This document shows, piece by piece, positions 15,593-24,000 of a stretch of 24,000 nucleotides of DNA. Each line of letters begins with the position of its first letter. Positions within the stretch are counted from its first letter, which is position 1. Below the pieces are notes generated by a model. The model was given only the letters and a program-made list of their open reading frames with translations, was not told the origin of the DNA and did not search any database. Source of the stretch: Candidatus Sigynarchaeum calidifontis (GTDB lineage: Archaea; Asgardarchaeota; Lokiarchaeia; Sigyniarchaeales; Sigyniarchaeaceae); contig JAUQYZ020000243.1 of assembly GCA_030587475.2 (NCBI GenBank), positions 12,007 through 36,006 of the forward strand, in the 5' to 3' direction. Position numbers and translations under genes: made by a program.

Positions 15593-17062
15593 ATGAATCG
15601 ATCCAAAGGCGTGATCGTGGCAGGTCTATTACTGCTCGCCATGGTTCCCGTGCTCATCACGATGCACGCGATGCTCGTGCAAGAAACGATCAAGATCGTC
15701 GATCCGATGATCGGCGCCCCGCAGTTCAGCAAGCCTGGCGGATCGTTCATGGTCTTCGTCGAAAAAACGGGCTGGGTAGATCCTGGCTCGTGGAAGGCGC
15801 AGATGCAGTCAGTCGACTTCCCGTGGGCAGCCGCGATCCCCCTTCCCATCGAGGACTCGGGCATGTTTCGCGAAGGCCGACACGTGTTAACCGTTCGGGT
15901 GCCGTCCACGTCTTTACCCGGCTTGTACGACTTGAACGTGTCGTGCACGTCGCTGGGCACGCGCTACTCGGCCATCGAGCCCCACTCGGTCTGCATCTAT
16001 GCGAACGTGTCCACGCTGCGATTCGCGCACCTCACGGATCCGCACGTTACCATTCCGGACAAGACCGTGAACATGAACGTCGCCCCGCCGCACACATCGG
16101 CCACGTGGATGGAGCGCTCGATCAACAACAATTTACGATGGTTACTCGAGAACGTTTCAGTTGCACGTCCGGAGTTTGTCCTGCTCACGGGCGACATCGC
16201 CACTCGCGGGCTTGAGGATGAGTTCAAGACGGCCAGGGACATCATAATGGCCTCTAAAATTCCCGTTCTCTGCACGCTCGGCAATCATGACCATCGAAGT
16301 CCCCCGAGCTTCGCGTATTACCTTGCTCCCCCGTATTTCTCGCGCGTGATAGACGCTTGGCGAATCATCTGCCTGGACACCGGCGCAACCGAGGGTAACG
16401 GCTTGTTCGGGGCTCAATTAAGGTGGTTTGGCGATGAGCTCGTGGCGGCAGCGGCGGCGGGGCAGCAAGTCTTCGTCGGCATGCACATCCCATCGACAAC
16501 GGAGCCGATTAGCGGCTACACGATCGCGGGAAACGAGGAATTCCGGGCGCTGTGTAAGCAATATGGAGTCCGCGGGATTTTCACCGGCCACCATCACTAT
16601 TCCGATGCCGCGCATGATAACGGGTCGCAAGTCTTGATACCCGATCCCATGCCGCCGAGTGCAAAACCAATCTACGTGAAGACCGGGAGCACGACGCTCG
16701 ATTACGGCAACGGGGATCGCGGCATCGGCTGGCGATTCGTGTGTAGCTACAGGAATGGATCCTTGTCCATTGGCTATGACATAGCCGGGGCGGGCACGAG
16801 TGACCCGGTCGAAGACATCCCGCTGAATGGGTTATTTCGAGCGGATGGGGCCCTCTGGATAAACCTTACCAATTGTTATCGCATCACCTTCACGAACGTC
16901 ACGATCCCCGTGCAATTCTCACTCTCGTCCATTAGCGACCAATTCATCCCCTCTGAAGGCACGATCATTGGCCAAGTCCGCACTGAAACCATGGCCGGCC
17001 TTTTACTACGTATTACATTGCCTGAAACTAGCAGCAAGCAAATCACGTTCACGAGGATGTGA
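15593..17062 (+). CDS. Signal-anchored extracytoplasmic calcineurin-like metallophosphoesterase with N- and C-terminal beta-rich domains
   Basis: The ORF track start 15587 is TTG. ATG 15593 (MNRSKGVIVAGLLLLAMVPVLI) is preferred. All five MPE motifs are present in order: LTDPH, LLTGDIATRG, LGNHDH, VGMHIP, TGHHHY. One N-terminal TM helix and 7 N-x-S/T sequons in the ectodomain. Confidence 0.82.
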   Translation: MNRSKGVIVAGLLLLAMVPVLITMHAMLVQETIKIVDPMIGAPQFSKPGGSFMVFVEKTGWVDPGSWKAQMQSVDFPWAAAIPLPIEDSGMFREGRHVLTVRVPSTSLPGLYDLNVSCTSLGTRYSAIEPHSVCIYANVSTLRFAHLTDPHVTIPDKTVNMNVAPPHTSATWMERSINNNLRWLLENVSVARPEFVLLTGDIATRGLEDEFKTARDIIMASKIPVLCTLGNHDHRSPPSFAYYLAPPYFSRVIDAWRIICLDTGATEGNGLFGAQLRWFGDELVAAAAAGQQVFVGMHIPSTTEPISGYTIAGNEEFRALCKQYGVRGIFTGHHHYSDAAHDNGSQVLIPDPMPPSAKPIYVKTGSTTLDYGNGDRGIGWRFVCSYRNGSLSIGYDIAGAGTSDPVEDIPLNGLFRADGALWINLTNCYRITFTNVTIPVQFSLSSISDQFIPSEGTIIGQVRTETMAGLLLRITLPETSSKQITFTRM

Positions 17063-18351
17063 TGGCCACGAGCGCAAGTATCCCATCTAACAAGATCGAT
17101 CTGTCGTGGCTGCAGCGCACGTTCGAGACCCATCTCCCCGTTATGGCCCTTTGTACCATCGTCATCCCCAGCATCGTGTTCGGGATGTTCACGATGGGGC
17201 TCAACCCTGAAGATAGCGAGCTCCGCACGACATACTACATCGTGATCACGGCGGCGATGCCCGTATCGATGCTGGGCGGTTTCTTGCTCGCGATGATGCC
17301 GGCTCGAAGGGTTCTCCTCATCGCTCTCGATGCGGCGACCGGGGTGGTGGCGTTCTTGTCGTACGCGTGGTTTCAGGCCAGGATATCGATCGTGCCGGCC
17401 GACCATGCATCGACCTTCCCGGGCTGGCAATGGCAGTCCCAATACCAGCAAGACGTGCTAACGGCGCTCGTCATCGTCATGTCGCTGCGCTGCGGCATGT
17501 CCTTCCCTCGCCGCGGAGCGATGCCATCCGCGGATGGAGACACGTCGGCCGCTTGGGCAACGGCGTGTTCCTTGATCGTGATTGCTTCCGTGTATTTCGT
17601 CAGCTGGCTGTTCGGGACATGGTGGCTCCTCCACTTGCAAGTTGCGTGCATCGCGTTTGGGAGTTGCGGCGTGCAAGTGCTGCTCCCGCGTTATCCAAGC
17701 TCGACCGACGAGCATCCGGCAGCGACCGGGATGCGGAATACAACATGGATGCCCATCCTCTTCGGTTTCGGCATCCCGCCCCTCATGCTTGCCCAGGGCT
17801 TCACTATAGGCGTAGCTTTCGTCGTGAATAGTTGGTCTGCTAGCTGGTGTGCCCACATTGGCATTATGATACTCACGGCGAGCCTTGTTTCGTGCGGGAT
17901 CTTGTCAGCAGAGAAGCGGCTCGCGAAGGTAATGGATACCGCGTGGATACTCATCACAGCAGACGCGTTGCTGCTATTTCTTGTCATCTTGCTTCATTCC
18001 CGGGCCATTGTTCCCGTTGCGCCCAGCTGGAGCATGGCAAGCGGGGTTTCGGCTGGGCTGATTGCCACTGCCTTGGCCAAGCTCGCAACTAACCATCGCC
18101 ATCCCTTCCGTGCAACAGTGCACTTGATGCTGGCCTTGTTTTGCACTACCATCGGCATTGGCGGGGGTATCGCGTACTATCTCTATTCGGGCCAGTCGAT
18201 TTCAATCTTGCCAGGTGGGGTTTCATCTGAATTACTGATTGCTTTCACCATTTCCGGTTCTGCGATTTTCGCTGCCATCATGATAATTTTGATTATCGGC
18301 ATGCGTGCCATCATCAAGGTGCGGCATCACGAGGTGAAAGCTTCGCATTGA
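17062..18351 (+). CDS. Polytopic membrane protein (about 12 TM), no recognisable family
   Basis: ATG 17062 overlaps the upstream stop (TGATG), with GAGGA 4 nt upstream; the track start GTG 17059 is also possible. About 429 aa, almost entirely hydrophobic helices with short loops. The first loop contains NPEDSE. Confidence 0.65.
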   Translation: MATSASIPSNKIDLSWLQRTFETHLPVMALCTIVIPSIVFGMFTMGLNPEDSELRTTYYIVITAAMPVSMLGGFLLAMMPARRVLLIALDAATGVVAFLSYAWFQARISIVPADHASTFPGWQWQSQYQQDVLTALVIVMSLRCGMSFPRRGAMPSADGDTSAAWATACSLIVIASVYFVSWLFGTWWLLHLQVACIAFGSCGVQVLLPRYPSSTDEHPAATGMRNTTWMPILFGFGIPPLMLAQGFTIGVAFVVNSWSASWCAHIGIMILTASLVSCGILSAEKRLAKVMDTAWILITADALLLFLVILLHSRAIVPVAPSWSMASGVSAGLIATALAKLATNHRHPFRATVHLMLALFCTTIGIGGGIAYYLYSGQSISILPGGVSSELLIAFTISGSAIFAAIMIILIIGMRAIIKVRHHEVKASH

Positions 18352-21239
18352 GCGGAATCTCGGAGCGAGTGACGGTTGCCGAGCGCTGTGGCCCGGTTGC
18401 CCGATGGGCTTTCACGCTCGTGTATCTGGGGCTCTCGCTCGCAGTTTTTTTCACATATCCCGTGATAGGGTACATCGCGGAGCACGGTTCATTCGATGTG
18501 GAAGCTTTCCTATCGGGTGACGTGTTCGGCAACTACCGCATCAGCCTGGTCGATGCGCTGCTCGATGCAGAGCATTTACTTGCGAACTTCATGACCGTGA
18601 TCCTTTTCTCGCTCGTGCTCTCCGCTTTCCTCGTCCATTACGGACCTTCCAAGGGTGAGGCAAGACCGGAGGAATTCTCGAAGCGATATTTTGGCCGGGC
18701 CAAGTGGCTCGGCTTCGCTGCTGCCACGATACTCGGCACGGCCATCGTGCTGACCGTCACCGGCATTGGATACACCCGGCCCGAGCTCGAGGGGCGTACC
18801 GCCTCGATAATGCTCGGGAACTTCCACCCGGAGAACTTCTCGGTGCACGTGTTCTACTATCTTTTCCTGTTCTCGGGACTGCCAGGCTTTTTTTACATCA
18901 TTGCTGCAGGGAAGGCAAACCCACGGCGGAGTACATGGCGCCCAGAACGTCCGCGGGTCGGCTTGTTTCTCCTGATCGTTTCCTTGCTAATCCTGGAGAT
19001 CGTCGCCCTGTTCTCGCCTTTGGTGATGTGGGACGTGATCAATGCGCGCACCTCGATTCGCGAGATCTTGTACTCGATCATCGACAGCGCGTTCATCACG
19101 GCCATCGTGCTCGTAATAGAGTGGCGCGACCGGGCTCGCTTGTCGCAGCCAGCCATCAAGGCAGACACGGACGCTGGCATGCCGAGGATCGTAAAGCACA
19201 TGATCACGTGGAGCATCCCCATAATTGCATTCCTGGGTCTCGTGATTTTCATGTTTTCGGAAGGGTATCTCGAACTCTTCATCAGCGTTGCATATTACTT
19301 GTCAAGAACATGGACATTTGCCTTTGCGGTCGTGTTCACCTTGTTCTTGTACCACGCCGGCACTCTCGTGAAGCTTGGCTACAAGCCCGCTAGATGGAAG
19401 TTGCCCAATCTCTCCCGCGTCAAGCCACGCGTGCTAGCTGCCTTGTTGATCGCCAACTTTGCCATCGCGGGATCCTTGGTCGTGATAAAGGCCCATGTAG
19501 AATCGCCGGTCCTAATAATGAACCAGGCAGGGTACCTTCCCGCGCAAGACAAGACGTTCCTCGTGAAGACGAGGTATTTGCACCAATCCGGGTGCTTCGA
19601 CGTTCTCGAAGCATCGAGCGGGATACCTGTCCTCAGCGCGGCACCCCTCGAATACGTCGGCACGAGCTGGGGTGCGCATTATTACCGCGGAAACGCGTCG
19701 GCCATCTCGACGAGCGGTTCCTACCGGATCGCCACGCGATTCGTCGATAATGGAATGGTCACCGCGGCCACGGCGCCGGAGCCGTTTAACGTCGGGACGG
19801 GCGTGTACGACCTCGCGGCGAGGCGCGGGTACGAGTTCTTTTACTACCAGCGGTGCGGCACGCGGGTGCACGAGATCGTGCCCGGTTACGTGGGCCACGA
19901 GCCGTGCCACTTGGATGATGGCATCATGTACAAGGGAGCCTGGTTGAATCTCACGGGAGCATGGCATTCTGCTGGCGATTATGCCAAGCATATATATTGG
20001 GGCATGCATTGCGAGGCTGTCATCTACTCGTGCTTGTTCGCGTACGAATTGGCGCCAGATCTTTATGATGGCATCGATCTCGTTACCGTGAATGGGGCCC
20101 CGATGCCAAATGGCATCCCGGACATCCTTGACGAGGCCATGTTCGGCCTCGAATATTACGAACGCAGCTTCCTCGACAATGGTACACTGCTAGGGTCGAT
20201 CGTGGGGGACCTGGTGTTTTGCCCGCCGGAGAAGGACACGGACAACATTCCTGGCACCGCGGACGACCGCCATCTCTTCTGGGAGGAAAACCACGTGCTC
20301 GCCCGGCCCTACGAGGCCATGTACGTCGCCGCGAGCTTCGCCAAGATGGCATGCATCGCTCGCGACAAGTCGTATTTCAGCAGCCGCGAGGCGGAAATGG
20401 CGCGATTCGCCGCTAACATCTACGGGAACTTTAGCACCGCGATAAACGTCACTGCCCCGAACCACCCGGCCATCAACAGCGAAGCATCGTCGCTGCTTCT
20501 CGCCACGCTCGAGATGTACCGGTATTTCGGCACGCCATCGCTGTCGAGCAAGTTGGATGCGGTCGCGGCCTACATCCACGATCATTTCCCCGATCCTGCA
20601 GTGCTGTGGGGTGACGAGCTAGGTGAATGGAACCGGGTGCCTGGTTATTTCTGTTACTGGGCGCTCGTGAACGGATCGGCGACGGCGAGGGCCATGGCGG
20701 CTGACGTCGCCCTTGCAATGTTCAATGGGCGGTTCAAGCCGCTCGCATCGGAGCCAGGGAACTTGTTCGGCATGATGGAAGTCAAGCTCGATGATGGCCG
20801 AACCGAGCCGTTCTGGTCGCGCATCGGCCTCAACTCGTATTACTTGACCGCGGCCTTTTCCGCGTTCATGGCATACAACATCACCGGCGGCACGCGCCTT
20901 GATATCCTGGATTTCGGCTTGAAGCAAATCGGTTTCGTGCTCGGGACGAACCCGTATGGAATATCAATGGTCGAGGGCGTCGGCACGAGGAACCCGCCGA
21001 TCTACCACCACAGGTACGCGTACATCCCGGGGAACCCGCGCGGTGCCGTGCCCGGGGCCATCATCAACGGCATCATCGAGAAGGGCGGGTTGCCGTTCAT
21101 GAACGTGAACTCGGCGGCTGGCTCCAGCATCCAAGACCACCTCGCGGATGCAATGTCGAACGAGCCATGGTTGCCGCACAACGTGCACTTCATGTATGTC
21201 ATGGCGGCGTTACTCGGCTGCGTCCAAGGCATGCGATAG
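18348..21239 (+). CDS. Fusion protein: about 9-TM N-terminal domain + CelD_N-type Ig-like domain + glycoside hydrolase family 9-like (alpha/alpha)6 domain
   Basis: 963 aa. The TTG start overlaps the upstream TGA (TTGA), with GAGGTGA 10 nt upstream. Residues about 1-390 form nine hydrophobic helices. NQAGYLPAQDKTFLV...GSYRI...PFNVGTGVY matches the cellulase Ig-like N-domain. FFYYQRCG and GAWHSAGDYAKH correspond to GH9 GGW.DAGD..K. VEGVGTRNPPIYHHR matches GH9 signature 1. D-x4-A-x3-E-x5-N (IQDHLADAMSNEPWLPHN) has GH9 signature-2 spacing. Confidence 0.72.
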   Translation: MSGISERVTVAERCGPVARWAFTLVYLGLSLAVFFTYPVIGYIAEHGSFDVEAFLSGDVFGNYRISLVDALLDAEHLLANFMTVILFSLVLSAFLVHYGPSKGEARPEEFSKRYFGRAKWLGFAAATILGTAIVLTVTGIGYTRPELEGRTASIMLGNFHPENFSVHVFYYLFLFSGLPGFFYIIAAGKANPRRSTWRPERPRVGLFLLIVSLLILEIVALFSPLVMWDVINARTSIREILYSIIDSAFITAIVLVIEWRDRARLSQPAIKADTDAGMPRIVKHMITWSIPIIAFLGLVIFMFSEGYLELFISVAYYLSRTWTFAFAVVFTLFLYHAGTLVKLGYKPARWKLPNLSRVKPRVLAALLIANFAIAGSLVVIKAHVESPVLIMNQAGYLPAQDKTFLVKTRYLHQSGCFDVLEASSGIPVLSAAPLEYVGTSWGAHYYRGNASAISTSGSYRIATRFVDNGMVTAATAPEPFNVGTGVYDLAARRGYEFFYYQRCGTRVHEIVPGYVGHEPCHLDDGIMYKGAWLNLTGAWHSAGDYAKHIYWGMHCEAVIYSCLFAYELAPDLYDGIDLVTVNGAPMPNGIPDILDEAMFGLEYYERSFLDNGTLLGSIVGDLVFCPPEKDTDNIPGTADDRHLFWEENHVLARPYEAMYVAASFAKMACIARDKSYFSSREAEMARFAANIYGNFSTAINVTAPNHPAINSEASSLLLATLEMYRYFGTPSLSSKLDAVAAYIHDHFPDPAVLWGDELGEWNRVPGYFCYWALVNGSATARAMAADVALAMFNGRFKPLASEPGNLFGMMEVKLDDGRTEPFWSRIGLNSYYLTAAFSAFMAYNITGGTRLDILDFGLKQIGFVLGTNPYGISMVEGVGTRNPPIYHHRYAYIPGNPRGAVPGAIINGIIEKGGLPFMNVNSAAGSSIQDHLADAMSNEPWLPHNVHFMYVMAALLGCVQGMR

Positions 21240-21340
21240 CCAGACATGGTTTTCAGGTGTAATTCCACGCATCTTTCTGGATACCTATGCTTCTCACGCT
21301 CGCTGCGAACTTTCATTAAAGATCGAGCCTTGGATGTCAA

Positions 21341-21946
21341 GTGCCCGCCTTTTTCCACATCAGACCATCACATGCCAAGGTCGGTGCCATCACGATTGCT
21401 GCTTCCGGTATTTTGCTGCTTTTCGGGCTTTGGATACAAGTTCTCGAGGTATCGGTCATCCCTTCTGGTTACAACGTGCTTCACGTGGAGTTTGCCTTCA
21501 CGGCGGAGCAGATGGACAAGGTCCTCGAATCGTGGATCGCTTTGAACGTGCTGCACGTCGAGGTGTTTATTGACCAGCTCGACGTGCTGATGATGCCAGG
21601 ATGGAGCGTCATGTTCTTCGGCGTGCAAGTCCTCGGCTTGCGGGCACTCGACGCTCTCGGCGTGGGTGGACGTTTCCGAAGAGTATCGTGGAAATTGGTA
21701 TATTTTCCCCTGGTCGCCGGGGCTGCAGACACGGTCGAGAATGCCATCATCTTCCAGGTGCTGAGTAACCCGGCAACGTACAACCGGGTCCTTGTCCCTG
21801 TTCTGTTTACATTCGTCGTGACCAAGTGGGGGATGCTGTTCACGGGCATCGTGATCGGTGCCGTTGCAAACATCGGGGCGCTCGCGGTCGTGTTGATGCG
21901 TGCCAAGACCACGTCGCATCAGCGCGGGATCACGGGCATGGTTTAA
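21341..21946 (+). CDS. Small membrane protein (about 4 TM), unknown function
   Basis: 201-aa ORF with a GTG start and no upstream in-frame ATG. Clear hydrophobic helices. The larger antisense ORF 21368..22243 is Arg/Pro/Ser-rich and judged a shadow. Start codon uncertain. Confidence 0.5.
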   Translation: MPAFFHIRPSHAKVGAITIAASGILLLFGLWIQVLEVSVIPSGYNVLHVEFAFTAEQMDKVLESWIALNVLHVEVFIDQLDVLMMPGWSVMFFGVQVLGLRALDALGVGGRFRRVSWKLVYFPLVAGAADTVENAIIFQVLSNPATYNRVLVPVLFTFVVTKWGMLFTGIVIGAVANIGALAVVLMRAKTTSHQRGITGMV

Positions 21947-21965
21947 ACGCGTTCCATGCCGTGGA

Positions 21966-23249
21966 ATGACCATGGATCCTGGGAAAATCGAGGCGGTTCG
22001 CGCAGCCGAGGTCGCGGGCATTTGGTTTGCCCTTGCATCTGCCGCAGCATTTCTCCTCGACGAGTTGCTTTTCGGGGTCAAGTCGGCTTCCGAGCCAAGA
22101 ATCGTCGAGGCCGCAGCGGGGATACTGCTCGGCCTCCTTTCTTGTCTCGTGATCTCGCATCTCGCCGCTAGGTTTCCCCGGCTCGCAGCAATCATGAAAA
22201 TCACCGCCGTTGCATTGCTCGCAAGTCTTGGCGTTATCAACAATCTCGTTCACCTACCTTTAAACTTCCTAGCTCGGTTCGCGGTCTTGATTATCGCTAC
22301 ATTGCTCGCTTGGATCGAAACATCACGCGCGCGATCCTACAGCGATGATCTCGAACGTGGTAATGCAATCCAATTGCAGCGCATGAGCATCGCGATCGTC
22401 GTAGCTTCGCTTCTCGCCGGCGGGAGCCTCTGGCAGCAGCGTGAGAATTTCTATGCATGGCCTTCCGACTTGGAAGTGCTCATGTACACGATCACGGGCA
22501 CGGTGGCTGTCTGTCTCGCGGTGCTGCTCTTGATGGTAGAGCGCGATGCGATAGCAAATGGCGACATGGCGATGGTTCCGCGAACCGAAACGGGTGCGGA
22601 ACGGCCTCCCTGGACCACGGCACTCTTGGCGCTCTGCTCTGGCATGGCAGTGGGACTGTACATGTCCCTTTCGGCGCTCGTCGCCCAGAACACGGCGCTC
22701 GAATTCCCGAGCCGGGTCGTGTATGCAATCAACACGATGGTTCCAGTCGCTATGCTCGCGATCTGCATGGCTGGCACGAGGGCATCCAATATACCGGGAA
22801 CAGCACGAGTGCGGCGTTCCTTCATCAATGAGCCAGCTGGCTTGATTCTCCTCATGTTGACGATCGCGATTACCATCGGGGCCCCATGGATTCTTGGCAC
22901 GGCGAGCATCGTCGACTCCACTGTCGCAGGAACGATGCACGTCGCCGGGCTGATCTCGCTGCCATTGCTAGTATATTACATGCTGTCGAAACTGGCCGTG
23001 ATTCGCCAGACTGGTGGTTATCATGCCCTCGTCTCGTCGCTCGGCAGCGCGGGGCTCGTCATCGGCATCGCGGGGTACCTCGTCGGGGGAACCACGTACA
23101 ACATGGACTTCTACGTCGGCCTGGCCTTCACGGTGCTCATCGCCCATGGAGTGGTGGTGGCTTGGCTAATGGAGCGGTTCCCAAAAGAGCAGCCGCGGTG
23201 TGATGTCCAAGCAAGGCCATCGAGGGCAAAAATGGAGGTGGCGTCTTGA
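21966..23249 (+). CDS. Polytopic membrane protein (about 12 TM), no recognisable family
   Basis: The track ORF starts at 21900, overlapping the previous gene. ATG 21966 (MTMDPGKIE), 19 nt after the upstream stop, is preferred. About 12 hydrophobic helices, with one longer loop (DAIANGDMAMVPRTETGAERPPW). Confidence 0.62.
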   Translation: MTMDPGKIEAVRAAEVAGIWFALASAAAFLLDELLFGVKSASEPRIVEAAAGILLGLLSCLVISHLAARFPRLAAIMKITAVALLASLGVINNLVHLPLNFLARFAVLIIATLLAWIETSRARSYSDDLERGNAIQLQRMSIAIVVASLLAGGSLWQQRENFYAWPSDLEVLMYTITGTVAVCLAVLLLMVERDAIANGDMAMVPRTETGAERPPWTTALLALCSGMAVGLYMSLSALVAQNTALEFPSRVVYAINTMVPVAMLAICMAGTRASNIPGTARVRRSFINEPAGLILLMLTIAITIGAPWILGTASIVDSTVAGTMHVAGLISLPLLVYYMLSKLAVIRQTGGYHALVSSLGSAGLVIGIAGYLVGGTTYNMDFYVGLAFTVLIAHGVVVAWLMERFPKEQPRCDVQARPSRAKMEVAS

Positions 23250-23250
23250 G

Positions 23251-24000
23251 ATGCTGAAACCGGGGGCAAGGAGGCCTGTCTGGGCAGTGGCGCTGGTTGC
23301 GGTCGTGATCGTCTCATCGATCCCTTTCATGCTGGAGATCTACCAAGACGCCAGGCTCGTGCAAACCCATCCGCTAGCACGCGAGAAACACGTGCTCGCC
23401 TACTATTACCCGTGGTTTCACAACGGCACCAATTACACGGGCGCGCTCGGCGACGCCATCGTGGAAAAAGGCAACGCGACGGGTTGGGCGAGGTGGGGCT
23501 CGCCCGAGGATCCGTGCTATAACTACACCCTCGCGTCGTCTTTAACCCAGCAACAAGTCTACTACTGGCGAAACGGGCTGGAGCGGAACTACTCGTGGGC
23601 ATCCATCGCCCATTGGCCGCTCGATGGCTTGTATGACGTCTCCGATCCCGACCAGATCAATCGCCATTTCGACCGCATGAACCGGGCCGGCATCGATGTC
23701 TTGATCGGCGACTTTTTCGGGGATTACGAGTTCCAGGACCCGACGATGGACGGCTATCTCGCCGTGGCTGCCAACCGCTCGGCCGAAGGGAAGCCGTCAC
23801 CGAAGATCACGTTCATGCTCGGCGTCTCGTGGGGCCCCGAGCAAGAATGGTGGGGGCCGACGAGCCGCAATGGCAGCGGCTGGGGCATCATCAGCCACGC
23901 GGAGTACATCTACCACTACGTGAAATCGTATCTCGATGCCCACGGTAACGATGCCCACTTCTTCCGGGTCAACGGCAAGCCGGTTTTTTTCACGTGGGCG
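23251..24000 (+). CDS. Signal-anchored GH99 / WbsX-like TIM-barrel glycosidase-like protein (3'-partial, runs off the window)
   Basis: Not in the ORF track because there is no stop before the window end. ATG 23251 lies 1 nt after the upstream stop, with GGAGGTG 9 nt upstream. My translation is MLKPGARRPVWAVALVAVVIVSSIPF...VLAYYYPWFHNGTNYTG...HWPLDGLYDVSDPDQINRHFDRMNRAGIDVLIGDFFG...VNGKPVFFTWA. The YYYPWF ... P.(L)G.Y(D/S)..D...I..H...M..AGID pattern is typical of the GH99/WbsX clan. 7 sequons in 250 aa. Confidence 0.55.
   Translation, partial: MLKPGARRPVWAVALVAVVIVSSIPFMLEIYQDARLVQTHPLAREKHVLAYYYPWFHNGTNYTGALGDAIVEKGNATGWARWGSPEDPCYNYTLASSLTQQQVYYWRNGLERNYSWASIAHWPLDGLYDVSDPDQINRHFDRMNRAGIDVLIGDFFGDYEFQDPTMDGYLAVAANRSAEGKPSPKITFMLGVSWGPEQEWWGPTSRNGSGWGIISHAEYIYHYVKSYLDAHGNDAHFFRVNGKPVFFTWA

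Noticed and set aside
21368-22243. 291-aa minus-strand ORF spanning two plus-strand membrane genes
   Set aside because: It is Arg/Pro/Ser/His-rich low-complexity sequence that crosses an intergenic gap. The plus-strand frames give regular TM-helix periodicity and fit the operon spacing. Judged a shadow ORF.
1-24000. CRISPR arrays, tRNA/rRNA genes and classic defence-system genes (nucleases, helicases, ATPases, toxin-antitoxin pairs)
   Set aside because: Reading the intergenic regions showed no regularly spaced repeats and no tRNA-like T-arm or acceptor patterns. None of the supported ORFs has P-loop, nuclease or toxin-like motifs. A tRNAscan/Infernal and defence-HMM run would be the formal check.

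Overview
This looks like an archaeal chromosomal window. TATA-like boxes sit about 26 nt upstream of several start codons, genes end in oligo-T tracts, there are two tungsten-type aldehyde:ferredoxin oxidoreductase (AOR) paralogs, and the predicted ectodomains are rich in N-glycosylation sequons. I found no rRNA, tRNA, CRISPR array, transposase or integrase. Nt 1-13700 holds a putative amine/amino-acid catabolic island: a fold-type III PLP enzyme (possibly cut by the window edge), a tail-anchored creatininase-family amidohydrolase, a divergently transcribed HemL-like class-III aminotransferase, two diverged AOR paralogs and a GPH/MFS symporter. Interspersed are two small membrane genes (one with M23/LytM-like metal motifs), a pair made of a membrane-anchored protein and a multi-wHTH regulator, and an AT-rich zinc-ribbon membrane gene. 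A roughly 190-nt frameshifted relic of an AOR 5' end lies directly in front of AOR1. Nt 15590-24000 is the most unusual part. It is a tightly packed, same-strand six-gene cluster: an anchored ecto-metallophosphoesterase, a 12-TM protein, a 9-TM::Ig-like::GH9-like fusion with an altered catalytic motif, a 4-TM protein, another 12-TM protein and a signal-anchored GH99/WbsX-like protein that runs off the window. It contains no recognisable glycosyltransferase, ATPase or regulator. I read it as an uncharacterised cell-envelope glycan or phosphoglycan processing system. All family assignments come from motif recognition by eye and need profile searches to confirm.
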